Assembly: GCA_038321865.1 (NCBI GenBank)
Contig: JBBQFH010000025.1
Coordinates: 1-49,729, forward strand
DNA: 49,729 nt
DNA from: Gemmatimonadales bacterium
Lineage (GTDB): Bacteria; Gemmatimonadota; Gemmatimonadetes; Gemmatimonadales; GWC2-71-9
Direction: 5' to 3'
Positions 1-9,376 of this stretch are shown here, piece after piece (within the stretch, counting starts at the first letter, position 1; the number at the start of each line of letters is the position of its first letter). Made by a program: the position numbers and the translations under genes. The notes under the pieces are model-generated. The model ran no database searches. It was given only the letters and a program-made list of their open reading frames with translations, and was not told the origin of the DNA.

Positions 1-1
1 A

Positions 2-394
2 GGAGTGCGCGCAACAGTTCGCCCCTCCGGACACAACATCACGTCTGATTTCAACAAGCTCGATGCGGGCGGCGCTATTCCCTCAAATGTGTTCGAGACC
101 GAAGAAGCTGCTACTGATTTCTTGAAGTTCGGCAACAACTCGGCTAACGATGCCTACACAAGACGATGTAAGGAAGCGGGCTTGAAGATCCACCCAGCGC
201 GCTTCCCGCCGACTTTACCTGATTTTTTTACGAAACTGCTCACGAACGAAGGCGACATCATCGCTGATCCGTTCGCCGGTTCCAACACCACTGGCATGGT
301 GGCGGAGCGGCTGAGCCGGCGGTGGATTGCTGTTGACTCTGTCTCTCAATACCTGGAGGCTAGTAAGTTCCGTTTCCTACCTGTATCCCCTTAG
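2..394 (+). CDS. Site-specific DNA methyltransferase (beta-class N4-C/N6-A, M.PvuII-like); 5' end lies outside the window
   Basis: Frame is open from the window edge. RPSGH...GGAIPSN...HPARFP..LP.FF...LT..GD...[13 protein letters not shown]...R.W...FRF has SAM-binding motif I at the C-terminus and parallels the M.PvuII C-terminus as I recall it. Confidence 0.88.
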   Translation, partial: GVRATVRPSGHNITSDFNKLDAGGAIPSNVFETEEAATDFLKFGNNSANDAYTRRCKEAGLKIHPARFPPTLPDFFTKLLTNEGDIIADPFAGSNTTGMVAERLSRRWIAVDSVSQYLEASKFRFLPVSP

Positions 395-667
395 TTGCGC
401 GTCTCTGCGGGAGCCGGCGGCCCGCATCACATGCCGTGAGCCGTTCAGACACGGGTTAATACCGCTCGTACCGCCAATCATTACAAAGCCGCCGATAGCA
501 AGCTGCTGCTTGAGCGTGCTTCACCGGTGCGACTAGGCCGTTGGATCGACGCGCCCAATTGCTCGCGGAACCGCGAAAGTTTTTGTAGCTTTCACCTTCC
601 CCTTGTTACCTGGCCAACGGGGCCTAGGTAACGGCCTCAGGACGATCTGAGACGCATCAGGAGAGAC

Positions 668-2998
668 ATGCCGAGCTTCGACGACATCGATAAGAAGCGA
701 CTGCAGCGGGCGATCGCACAAAACCAACTGATGCTGTTCGTCGGCGCCGGCTTTTCGGCGGAGGCCGTTGCGAGAAATGGCAAACAGTTGCCAAGTTCCC
801 GCCAACTTGCCGAACTGCTATGGGGATACCTTGGCTACGCATCTGCCTTCGACGGGTCCGCTCTCAAGGACCTCTTTCATTCGGCGCTCGAGTCAGCCAA
901 GGGCCATGCGGCGCTACGCTACTTTCTTGAGGATCACCTCACTGTCTCAAGTTACCCCTCTTGGTATGCGGCCCTTACACAACCGTTCTGGTACCGGATC
1001 TACACCACGAACATTGACAACCTGATAGAGCGGCTCTATGGGGACTTCGGAGGCGCTCCTCGGTTGGATGTTGCCGTAGCGCCGAGAGATGATTATCGAG
1101 ACCGCGATCAACTTCTGCGAACAGTTCAACTCGTCAAATTGCATGGGAGCCTTCCGGGCCGAGTGGACCAAGTAACCTTTTCAGCCAGACAATTTGCAAA
1201 ACGGTCCGGTCAACGCCACGACTCATGGTACTGGCATTTCGTCGATGATTTCATCAGCCGGGTGACTGTTTTTGTCGGCACTGAACTAGATGAGCCACTG
1301 TTTCTCGAATACTTGGAGAGCAGGCAGGAGCGGGCGCGAGATCAGGGCGAGCCGAGACCCGGCGGCTTTCTTATTGTGCCCAAGATCTCGCCCTCGCGGG
1401 TGGCTTCGCTGGATAGCATGGGCCTCAAGCACATCAGCATGAATGCGAGAGAGTTCCTAGAGTGGTGCAGCGCCGAATTGGCGCCATTCCCCACCCGCGA
1501 AGAAACGCTAGCTCAAATCGACCCAGGAATGGCCGTGGCGATGGCTAAGCTCTCAGCCGTCGATAATCTGCTAGATCGTGCCGCCCTAGAAGTGTTTTTC
1601 TCATGCTTCAATCTTGTTTCCGCGATCGCGCCTCACCCTAGTCACCGCAAACTCTTCTTCATCGGCCAGAGCCCATCCTGGCAGGATATCGCCCACGGCT
1701 ACGATGCTCCGCGAGACGTCAACGATTCCCTCATCGCTGCGGTCCAAGCAGCCCGGCAGGTTCCCGGTAGATGTCAGCTCGTTGCCATTACGGGGAATGG
1801 GGGCTCGGGCAAAAGCACAGCGTTGATGCGCAGTTCAATGCGCTTGCATCAAGACGGTATTCCGGTCCATTTCGGCGAGGGCCATCGCTTGCCGGAGCGC
1901 GGACAATTTGAGCGGGCAGCCCGGGCGCTGAGTAAGCCGTTGCTCTTGGTCATCGACGGCGCAGACGTAGGGCTGCTTCAGCTGTTGGATCTTATTCGTG
2001 ACTCCGCCCATTTGCCATTTCCGCCGGTGTTTGCAATTTCGGTTCGCGGTAATTCGTTCAGCCGATTCGTGGAAAGCTACGCCGAGTGCTGTGATGTGCG
2101 AGAGGTACGGATGCCCAATCTATCCGAGCACGATACGGATAGCCTTTTGCAGACGCTGGAGTTTCACAACGCTCTTGGCAAATTGAAAGGAATGACTCCG
2201 GAGAATCGGCGCAGGGAGATAATCGATCGTGCCTGGAAGCAGCTCTTGGTCGCGCTGCGAGAAGCGACGCAGAGCGACACGTTCGACAATATCATTTTGG
2301 GTGAGTACCAGGAACTGGATTGTGCGGCCGCTCAACACATGTACCTCTGCGCCGCGCTCGCGACCGATGCAGGATATAGGCTGGCCCGAGGCGAATTGGC
2401 TGCCTGCGTTGATTCCGGCGAGGTTACCGCCCTCTCGCTGCTCGAAAACAGCCTCCGCGACGTGGTGATTCCGTTCGGCCACAGAGCGGAGTTCTTTGGT
2501 GCGCGTCATCCATTGGTCGCAGAGTATCTAGTTTCGCAATCCGCACCACGGGATCGACTTCGCGAAGCTTACACCTCGCTGCTGCCGGTCCTGGCTAAGA
2601 GCATGCCAGGTCCGAAGGGCCGGAAGCGAGATCGGGCTTTTCGGCTGTACCGACAGCTTATCAACCACGCGGTAATCTATGGCCGGTTTCACAAGAGCGT
2701 TGATGATGCACGGGCAATCTTTCAGGCGGTGGAAGGCTCCTTTTCAGAGGACCATCATTTCTGGCTTCAGTATGGATTGCTCGAACTCGAATACGGCGAG
2801 CTGAACCTTGCGAGCCTGTACTTGAACCAAGCTGAATCTCTTGCTCCAAACGACGACTTTGTGGCTGTCAGCCTCGGCTATCTTGACCTCCGCAAGGCCA
2901 GGGAGGCCGGCAGCCTGGAGCAGGCCATCGCCTTGCGGCAGCGAGGAGAGGAGACGCTAAAGACCCAGATACAGCTTCGCGGTGATCGCGATGCCTAG
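668..2998 (+). CDS. SIR2-like NADase domain + STAND P-loop NTPase + helical/TPR-like C-terminus; putative anti-phage NLR-like (Avs/DSR-type) protein
   Basis: N-terminal LFVGAGFS, YTTNID, KLHGS and VFVG sirtuin-like motifs; Walker A GNGGSGKST; Walker B LLLVIDGAD; helical C-terminus with FWLQYGLLEL..G.L..A..YL.QA; GGAG RBS before ATG 668. Confidence 0.85.
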   Translation: MPSFDDIDKKRLQRAIAQNQLMLFVGAGFSAEAVARNGKQLPSSRQLAELLWGYLGYASAFDGSALKDLFHSALESAKGHAALRYFLEDHLTVSSYPSWYAALTQPFWYRIYTTNIDNLIERLYGDFGGAPRLDVAVAPRDDYRDRDQLLRTVQLVKLHGSLPGRVDQVTFSARQFAKRSGQRHDSWYWHFVDDFISRVTVFVGTELDEPLFLEYLESRQERARDQGEPRPGGFLIVPKISPSRVASLDSMGLKHISMNAREFLEWCSAELAPFPTREETLAQIDPGMAVAMAKLSAVDNLLDRAALEVFFSCFNLVSAIAPHPSHRKLFFIGQSPSWQDIAHGYDAPRDVNDSLIAAVQAARQVPGRCQLVAITGNGGSGKSTALMRSSMRLHQDGIPVHFGEGHRLPERGQFERAARALSKPLLLVIDGADVGLLQLLDLIRDSAHLPFPPVFAISVRGNSFSRFVESYAECCDVREVRMPNLSEHDTDSLLQTLEFHNALGKLKGMTPENRRREIIDRAWKQLLVALREATQSDTFDNIILGEYQELDCAAAQHMYLCAALATDAGYRLARGELAACVDSGEVTALSLLENSLRDVVIPFGHRAEFFGARHPLVAEYLVSQSAPRDRLREAYTSLLPVLAKSMPGPKGRKRDRAFRLYRQLINHAVIYGRFHKSVDDARAIFQAVEGSFSEDHHFWLQYGLLELEYGELNLASLYLNQAESLAPNDDFVAVSLGYLDLRKAREAGSLEQAIALRQRGEETLKTQIQLRGDRDA

Positions 2999-3229
2999 CC
3001 CTACCATATTCTCGGATCCCAACTGCGGCACTGGTTGCGGCGATGGGTGAACGACAGATCCGCTGTGAAGCAGGAATTGGAAGAGACGCTTGCGCTCGTA
3101 GCTGAAGGACTGACACGTCATCCTGGTGACGAAAACTTGAAAACCCTGAGGTCCTCCCTGGAGCGGGATTACTATGCCTTGGCTGAGCCAAAAGTAGAGC
3201 TGACGGACGGAAAACCACCATCAGTCTAG
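2999..3229 (+). pseudogene. In-frame continuation (76 codons) of the SIR2-STAND ORF beyond a single TAG
   Basis: After TAG 2996-2998 the same frame reads PYHILGSQLRHWLRRW...KPPSV* with no stop until 3227-3229; amphipathic helical character continues the preceding domain. Confidence 0.7.
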
Positions 3230-3400
3230 CTCACGAGCGATTGCCGGTTTGTCGATCCGTGAGCACGATTTACGTCACGCCTTGAGGAGGAAGCGACGCT
3301 ACATCCCACCGCTTCTTGATGCGCCGCGCTCCCCTTTGCGACGCGCTGCGACGGCTGATCACGAGCCCGGTATCATGTCGTTACGCGCTGATCCTAATCT

Positions 3401-5920
3401 TCACCCACACTCCGAAAAACCACACACATGACACTTCATACACCCCTCCGCCATCTCCAGCTGACTCCCACAGTCGGGGCAAGCGCCAGATAGAGTCTGC
3501 TGCAGCCCCCCAAAGACGATCTGCTCCCCCGCCGGCGTCACGGTCGACACCAGCGTCATGTTCACGTCGGCGCCTGACCTGGGCAGCAGCTCCTGCTGGA
3601 TCCCCGCCTTCTCCTGCATCCACTTCTCCACCGCGATCCCCACCGCGTCCGGCACCGACATCACCTTGCTTGGCCCCAGCCCGATCACCCGGTCGCTGCT
3701 GATGCCGCGGAGCTGGCGGTGGATCTCCTTCATCGGGATCCCCGACCGCAGCGAGAGACTGATCAGGCGGCCGATCGCCTCCACGTCCGCCATCAGCGCC
3801 CCACCCGCCTTGCCCAGACTCATGAACACCTCGAACGGCTGCCCCTTTTCGTCCTCGGTGATCGTCACGTAGAGCGTCCCCAGCGGCGTTTCGATCCGGC
3901 GCACCGTCCCCTTGAGCGTGTCCGGCCGGCTCCGCTTCTGGCGGCGCTGGAGGTTCTCCGCCTCCAGATCGTGCGCCAGCTTCTTCAGCCGCCCGATCTC
4001 CGCCCGCGCCTCGGCCAGCTCGCCGTGCAGGTCGGCGTCGGCCGACCGATCCGAGACCACCCCCACCGTCTCCATCGCGCTCAGGTCACCCCGCGACTCG
4101 TGCGAGCCCGAGGCCCGCGCCGTCTCGTGCACCTTCTTCGCCGTCGACCCGGTGCTCAGCACCTGCATGTCCCGGCTGCCGTCGCGGTAGACCGTCACGC
4201 CCTTGCAGCCCAGGTGGAACGCCTGGAGATAGATCTCCTCGACGTACGCCTCGGTCGCGTCGTTGGCGAAGTTGCAGGTCTTCGAGATCGCGCTGTCGTT
4301 GTGCTCCTGGAACGCCGCCTGCATCCGGATGTGCCACTCCGGCTTGATCGCGTTCGCCGTGTTGAACACCCGCTGCCACTTCACCGGCACCTCGGCAAAG
4401 GCGATGTGCCCCGCCTCGGCGATCCGCTTCATCAGCTCGTCGGAATGCCAGCCCTCGCGCTTCGCGATGGCCACGAACTCCTCGTTCACGTCGGGCATCA
4501 GCACGCCGGCCTGGTTCCGCATGAACGCCACCGCGAAGAGCGGCTCAATCCCGCTGCTGCACCCGGCGATGATCGAGATCGTCCCGGTCGGCGCCACCGT
4601 GGTGACGTTGCAGTTCCGGAGCTTCCGCATCGGGCGGATCCGCTCGCCCTTGGGACCGCGGGCGCAGCTGTCGTCCGGACCCCAGATGCTCCGCTCCCAC
4701 TCGGGGAACACCCCCCGGATGGCGGCCAGCCGCTCGCTCTCGACCTTGGCCTCGTCGTCCACGAAGGCCTGGAGCTTCCGGCCCAGGTCCACCGCCTCGT
4801 CCGAGTCGTAGGGAATCCCCAGCTTCACGAAGAGGTCGGCCAGCCCCATCACGCCGAGGCCGATGCGCCGGATGCGCTGGGCGAGATCGGTGATCTCGGG
4901 GAGCGGGTACTGGTTGGCGTCGATCACGTTCTCCAGGAAGTGCGTGGTCAGGTGCACCACCCGGCGGAGCCCGTCCCAGTCGATCGTGTCGTCGGCCTTG
5001 AGGAAGATGCCCAGGTTGATCGAGCCGAGGTTGCAGACGTCGTAGGGCAGGAGCGGCTGTTCACCGCAGGGGTTCGTCGCCTCATACTCGCCCAGGTGCG
5101 GCACCGGGTTGTAGTAGTTGGCGCGGTCGATGAAGTAGACCCCCGGCTCGCCGGTCTTCCAGGCGCCGTGGATGATCCGCGCCCAGACGTCCCGCGCCCG
5201 GAGCTGGCCGGTGACGCGCTTGGTCTTGGGGTGGATCAGGTCGTACTCGGTGTCCGACTCCACCGCCGCCATGAAGGCATCGGTGACGCCGACCGAGATG
5301 TTGAAGTTGGTGATCTTGGTCGTGTCGTTCTTGCAGGCGATGAACTCGAGCACGTCGGGGTGGTCCACCCGGAGGATCCCCATGTTGGCGCCCCGGCGGG
5401 TGCCGCCCTGCTTCACCACGTCGGTCGACGCGTCGAACAGGCTCATGAAGGAGATCGGGCCCGACGCCACGCCCATGGTGGAGCGGACGATGTCGTTCTT
5501 GGGACGGAGCCGGGAGAAGCTGAAGCCGGTGCCGCCGCCGGACTGATGCACCAGCGCCATCGCCCGGAGCGTGTCGTAGATGCCGCTCTTCCCGTTGGAG
5601 AGCGCGTCGTCCACCGGCAGCACGAAACAGGCGGAGAGCTGGCCCAGCGGCCGCCCCGCGTTCATCAGCGTCGGCGAGTTGGGCATGAACAGCCGCTCCG
5701 CCATCAGCGCGTAGAACGCCTCCGCCACTTCCTCGACCGCCCCCTCCGACGCCCCGTACTTCCGGTCCGCTTCCGCGATCGTCCGCGCGACACGCCAGAA
5801 AAGGTCCTCGGATGTCTCCGCCGGCTTCCCGGCATCGTCCTTCACGAGGTAGCGCTTTTCGAGCACGGTCAACGCATTGGGCGACAGCCGAACCGGTTCC
5901 CGGGGCGTAAGGGAATTCAT
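3401..5920 (-). CDS. nrdJ: Vitamin B12-dependent (class II) ribonucleotide reductase with TSCPD domain and C-terminal Zn ribbon
   Basis: FMPNSPTLMNAG, QLSACFV, GGGTG, ATNPCGEQ, TVAPTGT, ISKTCN, GCKGVTVYRDGS, and C-terminal CPDCG...CHVCGFSECG. Confidence 0.95.
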   Translation of the reverse strand: MNSLTPREPVRLSPNALTVLEKRYLVKDDAGKPAETSEDLFWRVARTIAEADRKYGASEGAVEEVAEAFYALMAERLFMPNSPTLMNAGRPLGQLSACFVLPVDDALSNGKSGIYDTLRAMALVHQSGGGTGFSFSRLRPKNDIVRSTMGVASGPISFMSLFDASTDVVKQGGTRRGANMGILRVDHPDVLEFIACKNDTTKITNFNISVGVTDAFMAAVESDTEYDLIHPKTKRVTGQLRARDVWARIIHGAWKTGEPGVYFIDRANYYNPVPHLGEYEATNPCGEQPLLPYDVCNLGSINLGIFLKADDTIDWDGLRRVVHLTTHFLENVIDANQYPLPEITDLAQRIRRIGLGVMGLADLFVKLGIPYDSDEAVDLGRKLQAFVDDEAKVESERLAAIRGVFPEWERSIWGPDDSCARGPKGERIRPMRKLRNCNVTTVAPTGTISIIAGCSSGIEPLFAVAFMRNQAGVLMPDVNEEFVAIAKREGWHSDELMKRIAEAGHIAFAEVPVKWQRVFNTANAIKPEWHIRMQAAFQEHNDSAISKTCNFANDATEAYVEEIYLQAFHLGCKGVTVYRDGSRDMQVLSTGSTAKKVHETARASGSHESRGDLSAMETVGVVSDRSADADLHGELAEARAEIGRLKKLAHDLEAENLQRRQKRSRPDTLKGTVRRIETPLGTLYVTITEDEKGQPFEVFMSLGKAGGALMADVEAIGRLISLSLRSGIPMKEIHRQLRGISSDRVIGLGPSKVMSVPDAVGIAVEKWMQEKAGIQQELLPRSGADVNMTLVSTVTPAGEQIVFGGLQQTLSGACPDCGSQLEMAEGCMKCHVCGFSECG

Positions 5921-6120
5921 CAGGTAACTCTCCAGACCGCGTTTATTGGGACAATAGAGTTCAGTGCGCGGGGCGCACCAAAGGGGCGGACGATAGCGTT
6001 TACGAGTTCAGTACCGGCTCAGCGTCCAGCGAAGAGCGGAGGGGCAAAGTAGACCAATCCACAGGGCGGCACAATACGGATCAAAAACGCGGTAACTGCG
6101 GGCAATTTCGACGTTCACAT

Positions 6121-6178
6121 CACAAAAATGTTGTCCACAAGTTTTGTGGCTTGTTCATGTCGATAAGGTTGATAACCT
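6121..6178. promoter_or_regulatory. AT-rich operator region upstream of nrdJ with DnaA-box-like 9-mers and palindromes (NrdR-box-like)
   Basis: TTGTCCACA 6131-6139; TTATCGACA on the minus strand 6158-6166; palindromes CCACAA-GTT-TTGTGG 6135-6149 and AGGTT-GAT-AACCT 6166-6178. Confidence 0.45.
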
Positions 6179-6206
6179 CAACCCCCGCCAGCAGTACCCC
6201 AATGTC

Positions 6207-6724
6207 TCATTTGCCGCCGGAGGAATATAACGGGTAGGTCCCCGCCCGATGGTGCCGAGCCTGGCCCACATAGTGCCGCCAGGTGCTCTCGATCCGCTGG
6301 CTGAGCCCCGGATCCACCGCCCGGACGATGCGCCCGGGCACCCCGATCACCAGCGATCCGGCCGGCACCAGCATCCCCTCGGGGATCACCGCCCCGGCCG
6401 CCACCACGCTCCCCTGCCCGATCACGACGCCGTTGAGCAGCACGCTCCCCATCCCGATCAGGCAGTCGTCCTCGACGGTGCAGCCGTGGAGGATCACCCG
6501 GTGGCCCACGCCGACCCGGCTGCCGATCGTGCAGGGCACCCCCTCGTCCACGTGGACGATGGTGCCGTCCTGGATATTGGTCTGGTCACCGATCCGGATC
6601 GGGGCCATGTCGCCCCGGATCACGGCGCCGTACCAGACGCTCGACTCCTCACCCAGCGTCACGTCCCCCATCACCACCGCCCCCGGCGCCACGAACGCCG
6701 ACGGCGGGACGCGGGGGCCGGCGC

Positions 6725-6728
<4 letters not shown>
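6207..6728 (-). CDS. Gamma carbonic anhydrase family protein (hexapeptide repeat, YrdA/CaiE-like)
   Basis: VWYGAVIRGD, TNIQDGTIVH and VGHRVILHGC metal-binding His pattern; GTG start overlaps the kinase stop (GTGA). Confidence 0.9.
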
Positions 6729-8701
<1,973 letters not shown>

Positions 8702-8861
8702 GCGACGAAGCTACCGGCTCGGCTCGAGGTGCGTCAAGGCGATGCAGAGGGACTGGATTTCCGCGTGCCGCCGACGCAAGCGGCAATCCCGAAACTGGAT
8801 GCGCGACGCTCGCCGGGGGCGAGGAACCCCCCAAAACACCGCTCAACCGGAGTCTGGCAGA

Positions 8862-8877
8862 TGGCACAGCGTATGCA
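8862..8877 (+). promoter_or_regulatory. Sigma-54 (-24/-12) promoter
   Basis: TGGCAC-AGCGT-ATGCA matches TGGCAC-N5-TTGCW with exact GG-to-GC spacing, 22 nt before ATG 8900. Confidence 0.7.
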
Positions 8878-8899
8878 ATGCCGTGCAGCCGTCCCCCGT

Positions 8900-9364
8900 A
8901 TGGAGCGCCCTGTGGTCCCGTATCATACGATCGCCTTCAGCCAGCAGAAACTGCGCGCCGCCCTCCGGAAGTCCTCCGACCAGGACCCCGATTTCGGCTA
9001 CGGCTTCGTGCTGCACTCCCGCCGCCAGAACGATCGCTCCGCCCTGGGCCTCATCACCCTGAACGGCGAGAGCATGGCGCTGACCCCGCGGCTCCTGTCA
9101 GCGCTCCATAAGCAGCAGCTGTGGCTGTTCGGACACGCACGGATCACGCTGGAAGCGGGAAGCCTGATCGAGACGGTAGACCCGGAGCGGCTGGATGCGG
9201 CGGAGTGCCCGCTGAATTCCCTGCTGATGCACATCGCGACCTTCGATGCCAGCACCGGGGTGACGCAGCACCTGGTGCAGGTCGAGGCGACGGTGAAGGC
9301 GGAGGCGCTGGTGCAGCCGATGCTGATCCTGACCAACACCCGGCCGGCGAGCTGGCCGATGTAA
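8900..9364 (+). CDS. Hypothetical protein (154 aa, MERPVVPYH...)
   Basis: Host-like G/C-ending codons from ATG 8900, globular composition, sigma-54-like promoter upstream. The longer ORF starting at 7778 is kinase antisense. Confidence 0.8.
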   Translation: MERPVVPYHTIAFSQQKLRAALRKSSDQDPDFGYGFVLHSRRQNDRSALGLITLNGESMALTPRLLSALHKQQLWLFGHARITLEAGSLIETVDPERLDAAECPLNSLLMHIATFDASTGVTQHLVQVEATVKAEALVQPMLILTNTRPASWPM

Positions 9365-9376
9365 CGGGAGTTGTTC

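Larger units (their letters stand above)
1..3400. other. Right end of a lower-GC putative defence island
   Basis: Many A/T-ending codons compared with the flanking genes; contains an MTase and a SIR2-STAND gene; composition switches near the nrdJ 3' end. No integrase is visible in the window. Confidence 0.7.

Noticed and set aside
395..667. Intergenic region with an imperfect hairpin (~606-632) and small ORFs between the MTase and SIR2-STAND genes
   Set aside because: No recognisable ncRNA, retron msr/msd, repeat array or credible CDS; may only hold the promoter.
2996..2998. Pyrrolysine or genome-wide TAG recoding
   Set aside because: No pyl genes in the window, and TAG serves as a normal stop for other genes here (e.g. 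ampG, priA, rpsH).
3719..6052. 777-aa plus-strand ORF
   Set aside because: Antisense shadow of nrdJ; R/H/P-rich, no motifs; expected in high-GC DNA.
5921..6206. Cobalamin riboswitch or oriC upstream of nrdJ
   Set aside because: No B12-box-like motif recognised; too few good DnaA boxes, no clear unwinding element and no dnaA/dnaN context to call an origin.
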